From Pseudomonadota bacterium (GTDB lineage: Bacteria; Desulfobacterota; Desulfobacteria; Desulfobacterales; JBDRRP01): DNA of 64,000 bases. Each line of letters opens with the position of its first letter. Positions within the stretch are counted from its first letter, which is position 1. The notes below the pieces were generated by a model that worked only from the letters and a program-made list of their open reading frames with translations, had not been told where the DNA came from and did not search any database. The DNA is taken from contig JBDRRP010000159.1 in the NCBI GenBank assembly GCA_043825735.1, forward strand, positions 1 to 64,000. Direction: 5' to 3'. This document shows, one piece after another, positions 47,324 to 56,764 of this stretch. A program made the translations under genes and the position numbers.

Positions 47324-47548
47324 ACACCTCACTACGAACAGAATCACTAAAACAAATGACGTTTGACGTCAAGTATAAATTAACTAATAGATAAGGAATT
47401 AAGTATATATGAAATTTTATGATCCCGTGAAAAGTCGGATTTTTCCATGGGCGGCGATGGGGTGTGACGGCAGGCGGGAAAGGTGCCGGGTGCGCCTCTC
47501 GGCTGACGGGTTTCAAGGTAAATGGGGCCGCGCTGTTTGCGGCCTCAT

Positions 47549-48268
47549 TTACTCGCGGTAGAGGTCTTCGGAGAGCAGGATGGCCTCGGCGATTTCCCGC
47601 ATGGTTTTGCGGGTATCCATGCTGCGTTTTTGCATCCACCGGTAAGCGGCCTCACCGGTCAAGTCCCGTCGCTGCATGAGGATTTCCTTGGCGCGCTCGA
47701 TGCGCTTTCGGGTCTCAAGTTCCTCCTGGATGACGGCCGTTTTGACCATGAGCTCGGTGTTGAGAATGGCGACGGCCGCCTGGTTGGCCACGGCGGTGAG
47801 CAGGTTGATATCGGTCGCGGAGAACTGGTGGGGCTCTGAAGTAAAGCAGTTGAGCACGCCGATGACTTTCTCGCTTTGGAGTTTGAGCGGCACGCCCACC
47901 ATGGAGACCAGTCCGAGGCGGCGCGCCATCTCCTTTTCCTTGAACCGGCGGCTTTTGAGCACGTGCAGGATGGTCAGGGGTTTCTTGTGGGTGGCGACAT
48001 AGCCCACCACGCCTTCGGAAAGATCCAGCGATCGGTCCTTGACGTACTCCGGATCGATGGCCTGAGTGGCCTTGAGCCGTATCTTCGGCGGATCGGTGCT
48101 TTCATCGATGAGCCACAGCGAGCAGATATCCACACCGGTCACTCGGGCCGTCACCATGACGATCAGTTTCAGCAGGTCTTCAAGGTAGAGCTCGCTCGTG
48201 ATGGCGCGGCTGATGTCGGTGAGCGCCCGGATGTAGTCGTCATAGGGTGGTGGCGAGAGTTTTTCCAT
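47549..48268 (-). CDS. GAF-ANTAR RNA-binding antiterminator
   Basis: GAF (LEDLLKLIV, GVVGYVA, VIGVLN, ANQAAVAI) plus ANTAR (LETRKRIERAKEILM..EAAYRWMQKRSMDTRKTM). Confidence 0.95.
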   Translation of the reverse strand: MEKLSPPPYDDYIRALTDISRAITSELYLEDLLKLIVMVTARVTGVDICSLWLIDESTDPPKIRLKATQAIDPEYVKDRSLDLSEGVVGYVATHKKPLTILHVLKSRRFKEKEMARRLGLVSMVGVPLKLQSEKVIGVLNCFTSEPHQFSATDINLLTAVANQAAVAILNTELMVKTAVIQEELETRKRIERAKEILMQRRDLTGEAAYRWMQKRSMDTRKTMREIAEAILLSEDLYRE

Positions 48269-48397
48269 GTCGGGCCGTGTCCTTGCTGCGGTCCCGCTGC
48301 GTGGAGAATGTTCCGGCCGGGGATCCGTGTCTCTACTTTAGCGCATTTTGACCGACATTACTATTCCTTCCCCAGCGCTGGCGATGGCCGCTTTCGG

Positions 48398-49996
48398 TCA
48401 CTGGCACTCGCGGGTGTTGTGAAACAGGATCTGCGGAAAGTCTTCGGCCATCCATTTGAGCTGCCATTCGCTGGCGGCCAGGCAGGTCAGGCGCCCCTCA
48501 CCGTCGTGCGCCAGCTTTTCTGGGTGCGCCTTTTCGAAGGCGGCCATGACTTTTGGGGTATCGCAGCTGATCCACCGTGCGGCGTTGAACCCCACCGGTT
48601 CATATACGGCGTCTACCCCGTACTCGGACTTGAGGCGCTCCATGGTCACCTCGAACTGCAATACCCCCACCGCCCCGAGGATCCACTCGCCGCCCTTTAC
48701 AGGGCGAAACGACTGCACCGCGCCCTCCTCGACCAGTTGGAGTAATCCTTTATTGAGCTGCTTGCTCTTGAGCGGAGACCTGAGACGGACCCGCATGAAG
48801 TGTTCGGGGGCGAAATTGGGGACTCCGGTGAAGGTCAGCGGTTCCTTTTCCGTAAATGTGTCACCGATCCGGATGGTCCCGTGGTTGTGGATTCCGATTA
48901 TATCGCCGGGCCAGGCCTCTTCAACGGCGGCGCGCTCTCGGGCCATGAAGATGATCGGATTGGCGATGAGGATGTCTTTGCCGATGCGGTGATGGCGCAC
49001 CCGCATCCCTCGCTGAAAACGCCCTGAACAGACGCGCAGAAAAGCGATCCGGTCCCGGTGCGCCGGGTCCATGTTGGCCTGGATTTTAAATACAAAGCCC
49101 GAGAAGGCCGTTTCATCGGGTGCAACGGTGCGGGTAGTGGTGGGCCTTGGCAACGGCGCCGGGGCGATTTCCACGAAGGTGTCGAGCAACTCCCGGACTC
49201 CGAAGTTGTTGATGGCGCTGCCGAAAAACACCGGGGTCTGACTGCCCTTGAGAAAGTCGTCCAGATCAAACGGGTTGGCCGCCCCTTCCAGCAGCGCCAC
49301 GTCCTCTCGCAACTCGTCAGCCTGCCGGCCCAGCATTTTATCGAGCATAGGATCCGATAGATTACCGATGGTCACAGTGTTATCGGTGATCCGTTCCTGG
49401 CCGGGGGTGAACAGCGTCAGCGTTTTGTTGTGTAGGTTGTAAGTGCCTTTGAAGCGCTTTCCCATGCCGATGGGCCAGGTCAGCGGCGCGCATTCGATCT
49501 GGAGGCTTTCTTCGATGTCGGAAAGGACCTCCAGCGGCGTCATCCCCTCGCGGTCGAGTTTGTTGACAAAGGTCAGAATCGGCGTGTTGCGCATCCGGCA
49601 GACCCCCATCAATCGGCGGGTCTGGGCTTCCACCCCCTTGACGCTGTCGATCACCATCACCGCGCTGTCCACGGCGGTCAGCACCCGGTAGGTGTCTTCG
49701 GAAAAGTCCTCATGGCCCGGCGTGTCCAGCAGGTTGATGATACAGTCGTTGTAGGTGAACTGCATCACCGAGCTGGTCACCGAAATCCCGCGCGCCTGTT
49801 CTACGGCCATCCAATCGCTGGTGGCGTGGCGTCGGGCCTTGCGGGCTTTGACAGACCCGGCCATCTGAATAGCGCCGCCGAACAGCAGCAGTTTTTCGGT
49901 AAGGGTGGTTTTTCCGGCATCCGGATGGCTGATGATGCCGAAAGTGCGACGCCGGTCGATTTCCTGCCGGTGGATTGGCTGTATTTGATGGGTCAT
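48398..49996 (-). CDS. prfC: Peptide chain release factor 3
   Basis: [29 protein letters not shown] and [14 protein letters not shown]; start taken as ATG 49996. Confidence 0.97.
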   Translation of the reverse strand: MTHQIQPIHRQEIDRRRTFGIISHPDAGKTTLTEKLLLFGGAIQMAGSVKARKARRHATSDWMAVEQARGISVTSSVMQFTYNDCIINLLDTPGHEDFSEDTYRVLTAVDSAVMVIDSVKGVEAQTRRLMGVCRMRNTPILTFVNKLDREGMTPLEVLSDIEESLQIECAPLTWPIGMGKRFKGTYNLHNKTLTLFTPGQERITDNTVTIGNLSDPMLDKMLGRQADELREDVALLEGAANPFDLDDFLKGSQTPVFFGSAINNFGVRELLDTFVEIAPAPLPRPTTTRTVAPDETAFSGFVFKIQANMDPAHRDRIAFLRVCSGRFQRGMRVRHHRIGKDILIANPIIFMARERAAVEEAWPGDIIGIHNHGTIRIGDTFTEKEPLTFTGVPNFAPEHFMRVRLRSPLKSKQLNKGLLQLVEEGAVQSFRPVKGGEWILGAVGVLQFEVTMERLKSEYGVDAVYEPVGFNAARWISCDTPKVMAAFEKAHPEKLAHDGEGRLTCLAASEWQLKWMAEDFPQILFHNTRECQ

Positions 49997-50341
49997 TGTC
50001 GTCTCGTGATCGGGTCGCCCGCCGCAGGCGGGGCAGTCCGATGAAGGTCCAATTGGTTTTTTTACAATCGATGGGTGTTTATGGCGAAAGTCGAACCATC
50101 CGGTCAACGGCGGATGGTTCGATCACGGGGGTGTCAACAGACGCCGCGACAGAACGCCGGAAGGCCGAAGGCATGAGGCTGCCCGGTCCGGCCCATCGGT
50201 GCTTCCCGTGTGCGGCGTATGGTAGGCATATTCATTCATAAGGAGCGCGAATTTGCCAGAGTGCTTCCGGTTTGTCAATCCCGGAAGGGGGCGCCGGCGT
50301 GGTTGAACCATCCCTAAGTCGATTCATGGCGGTAAAAATGG

Positions 50342-50373
50342 TTGACAGGTCGCATTATATTCCTATAATGCGA
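50342..50373 (+). promoter_or_regulatory. Consensus sigma-70 promoter with a perfect 10-4-10 operator palindrome
   Basis: TTGACA-N16-TATAAT; tcgcattata-ttcc-tataatgcga covers the -10. Confidence 0.85.
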
Positions 50374-50396
50374 TATATAAAATCAGTGAGGCGACG

Positions 50397-50744
50397 ATGA
50401 AACAGTTTCTCAGAGTCATGAAGGCGACCGGAGACCCCACGCGGGTTAAAATCCTGAAAATGCTCGAGCAAAAGTCTCTGTGCGTTTGCGAGATCCAGAC
50501 CGCGCTGGGGATTGCCCAGTCAACCACGAGCAAGCATTTGAAAATATTGGAAGACGCCGGTTTGGTCGTCTCAAGGAAAGACGGGCTGTGGGTTAACTAC
50601 GCCTTGGCCGATGGCAGGGACAGCCCATTTGCTGCCAATCTTCTTGGAAATTTGCGCCATTGGCTGAATGATGACCCTGAGATTTCGAGAATTATGAACA
50701 AAGCAACAATTTTGGACCGTTACGAGATTCTCAACAAGAACTGA
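50397..50744 (+). CDS. arsR: ArsR family regulator
   Basis: KATGDPTRVKIL, LCVCEI and QSTTSKHLKILEDAGLV. Confidence 0.92.
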   Translation: MKQFLRVMKATGDPTRVKILKMLEQKSLCVCEIQTALGIAQSTTSKHLKILEDAGLVVSRKDGLWVNYALADGRDSPFAANLLGNLRHWLNDDPEISRIMNKATILDRYEILNKN

Positions 50745-50829
50745 TGCCGTGTATATCTCAAAGTCGCGATCCAACAACTCCAGTTTACGATTGGGGATCA
50801 TTTCCGCTGATGGGTGAAAGGAGCCTGTG

Positions 50830-51063
50830 ATGGAGATCAAAGTGTTGGGACCCGGTTGTGCAAAATGTCACCAGACAGAGAAAATCGTCAACGAGGCCGT
50901 CGCCGAAGCCGGCGTGGCCGCCACCGTGGAAAAGGTAACCGACATGATGCAGATCGCCGGCTACGGCGTGTTCGGAACGCCTGCCGTGGTGATTGACGGT
51001 GAAGTGAAAATCGTCGGCAAGGTTCCCAAGAAAGACGAGGTCAAGGCCTGGCTTTCCAAATAA
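50830..51063 (+). CDS. Small redox-active disulfide protein (thioredoxin-like, TIGR00412-type)
   Basis: IKVLGPGCAKC and YGVFGTPAVVIDG..GKVP. Confidence 0.92.
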   Translation: MEIKVLGPGCAKCHQTEKIVNEAVAEAGVAATVEKVTDMMQIAGYGVFGTPAVVIDGEVKIVGKVPKKDEVKAWLSK

Positions 51064-51089
51064 TTGATTTTGGCAACAGAAAGCGATCC

Positions 51090-52181
51090 ATGAATAATCA
51101 AAACAAATCCATATCCTGCGCCTGCGGCGTCACGCCCCGCGCTGAAGCGGCCGACAGTCGCGGCGCCCTGTGGCGTTATTCCTTTCTGGGAGTAGGCGCA
51201 GCCGCGCTCTGGTGGCTCATTTACGGCCAGCTTTTGGGCGCATCCCGGTATCTGACCTATTCCCTGCTGCAGATCCCCCACGACACGCGCCTGGCACACG
51301 CCGTCGAGTTTTTCCTCTACGATACGCCCAAGGTGATGATGCTCCTGGTGCTGGTGGTGTTCGGGGTGGGGATCATCCGCACGTTTTTCACCCCCGAGCG
51401 CACCCGCGACGTGCTCTCTGGCAAAAGCGAGTTCGTGGGCAACGTCATGGCCGCCATGCTGGGCATCGTGACCCCGTTTTGCTCCTGCTCGGCGGTGCCG
51501 CTGTTCATCGGCTTTGTCACCGCCGGGGTTCCGCTGGGGGTTACCTTCTCCTTTCTGATCGCCGCGCCTCTGGTGAACGAAATCGCCGTGGGGCTGCTTT
51601 ACGGGCTGCTGGGGTGGAAGATCGCCGCCATCTACATGGGCACCGGGCTGGTTATCGCCATCGGCGCCGGCTGGACCATCGGCCGGCTTCATCTGGAGCG
51701 CTACGTCGAGGACTGGGTCACGCAGATGAACGTGAACGCGGCCGCCATTCCGGAAATGCGTCTCTCGTGGCATGACCGCATCGTTGCCGGCTGGGACGCG
51801 GTGAAAGACATCCTGGGCAAGGTGTGGATCTACGTCCTTCTGGGGATCGCCGTAGGGGCCGGAATCCATGGCTACGTTCCGGAAGGATTCATGGCGTCCA
51901 TTATGGGAAAGGGCGCCTGGTGGGCGGTGCCCGCGGCGGTGGGCATCGGGGTGCCCATGTACTCCAACGCCGCCGGCATCATTCCGGTCGTGGAGGCCCT
52001 GCTCGGAAAGGGGGCCGCGCTGGGCACGGTGCTGGCGTTCATGATGAGCGTCATCGCCCTGAGCCTGCCGGAGATGATCATCCTGCGAAAGGTGCTAAAA
52101 CCCCAGTTGATCGGGGCCTTCATTGGCATTGTCACCATCGGGATTCTCGTGGTGGGATACCTGTTCAATCTCATTATTTGA
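51090..52181 (+). CDS. ArsP/DUF318-family permease
   Basis: FFLYDTPK, TPFCSCSAVP, APLVNE, GVPMYSN and ALSLPE. Confidence 0.92.
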   Translation: MNNQNKSISCACGVTPRAEAADSRGALWRYSFLGVGAAALWWLIYGQLLGASRYLTYSLLQIPHDTRLAHAVEFFLYDTPKVMMLLVLVVFGVGIIRTFFTPERTRDVLSGKSEFVGNVMAAMLGIVTPFCSCSAVPLFIGFVTAGVPLGVTFSFLIAAPLVNEIAVGLLYGLLGWKIAAIYMGTGLVIAIGAGWTIGRLHLERYVEDWVTQMNVNAAAIPEMRLSWHDRIVAGWDAVKDILGKVWIYVLLGIAVGAGIHGYVPEGFMASIMGKGAWWAVPAAVGIGVPMYSNAAGIIPVVEALLGKGAALGTVLAFMMSVIALSLPEMIILRKVLKPQLIGAFIGIVTIGILVVGYLFNLII

Positions 52182-52204
52182 TTTAAAGCTATGGAGGCAG
52201 TGTG

Positions 52205-52630
52205 ATGGGAAACGATTGTTGTGCGGCCGGAAAAAATGTCATGATTCTGTCCTGCTCGGGTGGTTCCAATACGGGGCAACTGGCCAATCAGGCCGCTGTT
52301 GAGCTGACCCAGGAAGGATTCGGCAAAATGTTTTGCCTGGCCGGTATCGGTGGGCGGCTTTCCGGGTTTGTCCAATCGGCCAAAGACGTGCCAGCCATGG
52401 TGGCCATCGACGGCTGCCAGGTGGGTTGCGCCAAAGCCATTCTCGAAGCGGCGAGCGTCCCCCTGGGGCAGTACCTTGTCCTTACCGATCTCGGGATCGA
52501 AAAGAACAAGGAATTCAATTTGAAGGCAGCCGATCTCAAAGCAGTCAAAGAGGCTGTCCGACGGTGCGTCACAGGAAACTCCCAGGCCGCGAAATCTCCG
52601 GCGGAAGGGGGGGGCGCGTGTTGCGGATAA
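52205..52630 (+). CDS. DGC-domain putative zinc-binding protein
   Basis: CSGGSNTGQLAN, MFCLAGIG and AIDGCQVGCAK; CC pairs at both termini. Confidence 0.92.
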   Translation: MGNDCCAAGKNVMILSCSGGSNTGQLANQAAVELTQEGFGKMFCLAGIGGRLSGFVQSAKDVPAMVAIDGCQVGCAKAILEAASVPLGQYLVLTDLGIEKNKEFNLKAADLKAVKEAVRRCVTGNSQAAKSPAEGGGACCG

Positions 52631-53022
52631 CCATCACCGTGGCCAAGGCGGTGGCGTCGGTGCTGGCATCGCTGGTGATGCTGACCGCAATGGTTTCAGC
52701 GGAACCGGAAATGACTGCCGGATTCGACAAGCTCCCGGTCCCCGGCATGGTAACCATGATCGATCTGGGAGCCAAGAAATGCATCCCGTGCAAGATGATG
52801 GCGCCGATTCTGGTCAAGCTGGAAAAGGAATACAGCGGGCGGGCGGCCATTGTGTTCATCGATGTCTGGGAAAACAACGAGCAGGCCTACCGATTTAAAA
52901 TCCAATCCATTCCGACCCAGATATTCTTCGACGCCGACGGCCGTGAGGTGTTTCGCCACTCCGGTTTTCTGAGCGAAGAGAAGATTAAAAAGGCCCTGAC
53001 CCAATTGGGCGTCACCTCCTGA
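52618..53022 (+). CDS. Exported thioredoxin-family protein
   Basis: Signal-like N-terminus, DLGAKKCIPCKMM and IPTQIFFD..FRHSGF; GTG start inferred. Confidence 0.88.
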   Translation: MLRITITVAKAVASVLASLVMLTAMVSAEPEMTAGFDKLPVPGMVTMIDLGAKKCIPCKMMAPILVKLEKEYSGRAAIVFIDVWENNEQAYRFKIQSIPTQIFFDADGREVFRHSGFLSEEKIKKALTQLGVTS

Positions 53023-53038
53023 GGGAGAAGGGCCGGAT

Positions 53039-53752
53039 ATGCTCGACAGCCTGTTTTTGACGATTAATGAATGGATGACCGGTGGGACAGCCTTCGCCGC
53101 CGCGGGCTGCTTCCTTTGGGGGATTGTCAGCGTCCTTTTCAGCCCGTGCCATCTGGCTTCGATTCCGCTGATCGTGGCGTATGTGGGCGGTCAGGAAAAC
53201 GCCGTCAATCCCCGCAAGGCCGTATGGTACGCCGGGGCCTTCACCACGGGGCTGTTCATCACTATCGCCGCCGTGGGCATTGCTTGCACGCTGCTGGGCC
53301 GTATGCTGGGGGATGTGGGCTCATGGTGGCAGGTAATCGTCGGCGGCGTGCTCATCTGGGTGGCGCTGGGCATGCTCGGGGTTCAGGCCTGCGCCATGTC
53401 AGGGTCCCTGCTGTACCGGCTCAAGCTGCGCGGCATCCACGGCGCTTTCGGTCTCGGGCTGGCCTATGGCATTTTATCGGGGTCCTGTACTTTCGGTTTC
53501 ATCGCGCCGATTCTGGCCATCGTCACCGTGCAGCAGAAGGTGTTCGAGGGATCGGTGATGATGCTGCTGTTCGCGCTGGGCCACTGCCTGCCCATCGCCC
53601 TGGCCGGCAGCAGTACGGCCCTGGTCCGCAAAATTACCGAAAACAGCGCCTGGCAGGGGGCCGGAATGTGGTTCCGGCGCGTCGCCGGTATCGTCATCGC
53701 GCTGCTGGGGGTCTATTTCATCCTCCAGCCCATTCTGGCGACGGCCGGTTGA
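53039..53752 (+). CDS. ccdA: CcdA-type transmembrane disulfide reductase
   Basis: 6 TM segments; FSPCHLASIP and SGSCTFGFIAP redox Cys pair. Confidence 0.88.
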   Translation: MLDSLFLTINEWMTGGTAFAAAGCFLWGIVSVLFSPCHLASIPLIVAYVGGQENAVNPRKAVWYAGAFTTGLFITIAAVGIACTLLGRMLGDVGSWWQVIVGGVLIWVALGMLGVQACAMSGSLLYRLKLRGIHGAFGLGLAYGILSGSCTFGFIAPILAIVTVQQKVFEGSVMMLLFALGHCLPIALAGSSTALVRKITENSAWQGAGMWFRRVAGIVIALLGVYFILQPILATAG

Positions 53753-53775
53753 CAATACTGAAGGGAGGCGTGGGC

Positions 53776-54330
53776 ATGCTTTTGTCATCGTACCGCCTGG
53801 AAATTTTCAACTCCGAGTGCATGCCCGGCGCCATGGGCGTGCACTGCTTCGCCCACCTCGATCAGGATGTCTCAGAGGCCCTGCCCTATCTCAATGCCGA
53901 GTTGGGCGGCTTCGAATACATCACCGATCCGCCGTCGGTGACCTTCAAGGCCCACGGCAAACTGATCACCGTTCACGGCCGGAAAATCGCCGTCAACGCG
54001 CTCAAAGATGCTGCCGAGGCTGAAAAAATCATTGAGTGGTTAAAGCGGGAGATCAACACGGCCTGGGAAAACCGGGACCACATTGCTCCGCGTTATAAAG
54101 GCGCGCCGCGTCCTCAGATGCCCATCATATTAAAACTCCTTCCCAAAACCAATTGCCGGGAGTGCGGGGATCCAACGTGCATGGTGTTTGCCACGAAACT
54201 GGCCGACGGTATCCGAGACAGCGGGCAGTGCCCGGAACTTTCCGCGGAGGGCAGGATGGCGCTGGATGCCTATCTTGGCGCCATTGCCGGTGACGAGCAA
54301 GACCCTCTTTGGCACCCCCGGGCGGTGTAA
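53776..54330 (+). CDS. Putative Fe-S binding protein
   Basis: LPYLNA; C-terminal LPKTNCRECGDPTCMVFA..CPEL 4Fe-4S motif; ATG 53776 with GGGAGG. Confidence 0.88.
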   Translation: MLLSSYRLEIFNSECMPGAMGVHCFAHLDQDVSEALPYLNAELGGFEYITDPPSVTFKAHGKLITVHGRKIAVNALKDAAEAEKIIEWLKREINTAWENRDHIAPRYKGAPRPQMPIILKLLPKTNCRECGDPTCMVFATKLADGIRDSGQCPELSAEGRMALDAYLGAIAGDEQDPLWHPRAV

Positions 54331-54391
54331 TACGGCCGGATGCCCTCGGTGTGACACGGGCCCGCTGTTCAAGGGGTGGCTGGCCCATCGA

Positions 54392-54601
54392 TTCACCTTT
54401 TTCCTCGTGCTGTTGTTCAATCTGGCACGGGGGCTCGATGTAACCTGCGGCTGCTTTTCGACGCAGCCCACCGAGAAGGGGGCCGGGATATTCACCGTGC
54501 TGCGGGACCTGTCGTTTCTATGTGTTTCAGGGTATCTCTTCTATGCTCAATTTTTTACGGCCCAGCAAGCCGGTGGCCAAAGCGGAAAAAAACGATTTTA
54601 A
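54392..54601 (+). pseudogene. 5'-truncated MauE/DoxX-family fragment
   Basis: FNLARGLDVTCGCFST..IFTVLRD mirrors FNRIRGLDAHCGCFST..IFTITRD at ~58100-58200; no start or N-terminal half. Confidence 0.72.
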
Positions 54602-54638
54602 ATGATCGATGTCAACCGTTCCAGGGGATGAGACGATA

Positions 54639-55340
54639 ATGCTGAAAAATAAAATGGTTTTTGGATGCCTGGCCGTTTTGTGGGGCGTGGCCACGCTTGC
54701 GTGGGCCGGATCGGCAGCCGCCGGTCGCCCCGTTCTGGTGGTAGCGGAAACGCGCCACGAGTTTGGTACAGTGATCGATGGGACCACGGTGTCCCACGAA
54801 TTTGTCATCGCCAACAAGGGGACCGGGCCGCTGCACATCCTCAAGATCGAACACGGGTGAGGGTGCACCGCCGTGACCCCGTTGCGGCAGATCCCTCCCG
54901 GGCAGGAGGGGCGTATCGATGTCAAGGTCAACACCACCGGTTACGGCGGGCAGAGCCTTCGCCAGACCGTGCGCATTCAGACCAACGATCCGGGCCGTCC
55001 CTGGATCAGCATCTCCATGATAGGCCGGGTGGAAAAACTGCTCGATATCCAGCCCGAGCGGATTCGCCTGATCGGCGGTGCGGACCAGACACTCACCGCG
55101 GACGTGGTGATCACGAAGCGGACCGATCACCCGGTGACCATCGAAAAACTCCTGGCCAAAAACGGCCGGTCGATCCGCTACGAGTGGGTCCAGCGCTGTA
55201 CGGCGGAAAGCGGCCGGTGCCTGATTCGCGTGACCAACACCCAGAAGGAAAAGGGCCGGTATGCGGATGTCCTTTATCTGGTCACCGACAGCGACCTGCG
55301 CCCCACGATCCCCATTTTCATTACCGGCGTCATCCAATAA
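54639..55340 (+). CDS. DUF1573 Ig-like exported selenoprotein (233 aa, Sec74, U-G-C motif)
   Basis: ORFs 54609-54860 and 54873-55340 share a frame; TGA 54858-54860 reads ..KIEHG-U-GCTAV.. in place of the family S-C-G-C-T; signal peptide; hairpin follows the UGA. Confidence 0.88.
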
Positions 55341-55365
55341 AGACAGAGAACCGGAGGTCCAATCG

Positions 55366-55842
55366 ATGAAACCCGCGCACATGATACGATACGCGGCACT
55401 GTTCACGGCGCTTTCAATCATCATGCCGGTTTATGTGGCATGGGCTGGTGAACATCTGAGCCTGGAAAACTACCTGCTCGGCTACACCTACGCATCGCGA
55501 AAGGAGATGAAGGCCAGCAGCGAACAGTTGATCGACTGGATTGAGGACGGCAAGGCCGTGCTCGTCGACATCCGTTTTGCCGAGGAGCAGCAGGCCTGGG
55601 GCGCCGGTTTCGGTCTCAGGATCCCCCTGAGCGAACTGCCCCGTCGACTGGGTGAGTTGCCCCGGGACAAGATCATCGTCACGGCCTGCCCGCACAAGGA
55701 CCGCGCCACCATCGCCATGGTCTTTCTGCGGACCCGGGGATTCGATGCCCGCTACCTGGCCGACGGCCTGATCGGGCTGGCGGAAAACCTGCGCGGCGAC
55801 GATGCGCTTTACTTCATAAAAATGGTCAATGAGAAGAAGTGA
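55366..55842 (+). CDS. Exported rhodanese-like protein
   Basis: LVDIRF..E, IPL, ACPHKDRA and YLADGL; GGAGG RBS. Confidence 0.88.
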   Translation: MKPAHMIRYAALFTALSIIMPVYVAWAGEHLSLENYLLGYTYASRKEMKASSEQLIDWIEDGKAVLVDIRFAEEQQAWGAGFGLRIPLSELPRRLGELPRDKIIVTACPHKDRATIAMVFLRTRGFDARYLADGLIGLAENLRGDDALYFIKMVNEKK

Positions 55843-55907
55843 TTTTCGTCTGCATGCAATTGCGCGTCACCATAACGACGCCGGCACCGGGGATCACCAA
55901 ATCGAGT

Positions 55908-55996
55908 GTAGGGTGCGGGGTTTATCCCCGCCCGTGATCGGTGAACACAACCGACGGGGGGCATCTTTGCCGATTGCGGGAGGGGATGACCCCATA
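55908..55996. repeat. GTAG-type REP with a degenerate inverted partner
   Basis: gtagggtgcggggtttatccccgccc (55908-55933) and gggaggggatgacccc (~55978-55993). Confidence 0.65.
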
Positions 55997-56054
55997 TGCG
56001 CTAACTTGTCAGGCGCTATTGCAATCTGGCAAGTAACGGTAACAGCACAAGACC

Positions 56055-56174
56055 AACGTTGAACATCGAACCTCCAACGCCGAATGATGAATGGGAAAAG
56101 CAAAAGGCAAGCAACGATGGGCAAGGGTTTTTCATTCGATGTTCAGCGTTCAGCGTTCGATGTTGGACGTTCAT
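56055..56174. repeat. Inverted heptamer-repeat hairpin (AACRTYG)n / (CRAYGTT)n
   Basis: aacgttg aacatcg aacctcc aacgccg ... cgatgtt cagcgtt cagcgtt cgatgtt ggacgtt. Confidence 0.85.
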
Positions 56175-56259
56175 TCTTTTCCGCAGAGCCCGCCAGGATG
56201 CTCGACAAGTCGGTGAGATGACGGGCGGGGGGATCGCGCTTTTGTCTTTAAGGAATAAT

Positions 56260-56760
56260 GTGAATACCATTTTTAAACAAAACCTGAAGCAAGCCTTATG
56301 GCAACTGCCGCTGCTGATAATTGCCGCGGCCCTGATCGCCGTCTCCTCGAACCATTGGCGCAGCGACGGCCTTCCGCTTGTTGGGGACTGGTCGGCGCAG
56401 GCGCGCTTTGCCGATGCCGCCGGCGAAAGCCTGGTCATCGGTCTTGAGGAAGCCGCCGGCCTGTTCGAGCGGCAAGCGGCCCTGTTCCTGGATGCACGGC
56501 CGCAAAACCAGTATGCCGAGGGACATATCCAGGGCGCGGTGAGCCTGCCCTGGCAGGAGGCCGACCGCTATTTCATGGAGCTGGCCGAGCGGCTGGACGG
56601 CGCATCCGTGATCATCACCTATTGCGACGGGGAAAGCTGCGATTTGAGCCATGAGCTGGCCCTTTTTCTCAAAGAGATGGCATTTGAAAACGTCCGCGTG
56701 CTGGTCAACGGCTGGAGCCTGTGGCGACAGGCCGGTCTGCCGACGGATAGGCAGGGGTGA
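56260..56760 (+). CDS. Membrane-anchored rhodanese-like protein
   Basis: N-terminal TM, FLDARP..GHIQGA, YCDGESCDLS and LVNGWSLW..AGLP; GTG start with AAGGA. Confidence 0.9.
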   Translation: MNTIFKQNLKQALWQLPLLIIAAALIAVSSNHWRSDGLPLVGDWSAQARFADAAGESLVIGLEEAAGLFERQAALFLDARPQNQYAEGHIQGAVSLPWQEADRYFMELAERLDGASVIITYCDGESCDLSHELALFLKEMAFENVRVLVNGWSLWRQAGLPTDRQG

Positions 56761-56764
56761 AGCC

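Noticed and set aside
50742..50810. Sec read-through of the ArsR stop (TGA-TGC giving U-C)
   Set aside because: The ArsR domain is already complete, there is no convincing SECIS, and the extension has no recognisable features.
53071..54330. 419-aa ORF or CcdA/Fe-S frameshift fusion
   Set aside because: The upstream part is an off-frame shadow of ccdA; the Fe-S gene has its own RBS and ATG at 53776.
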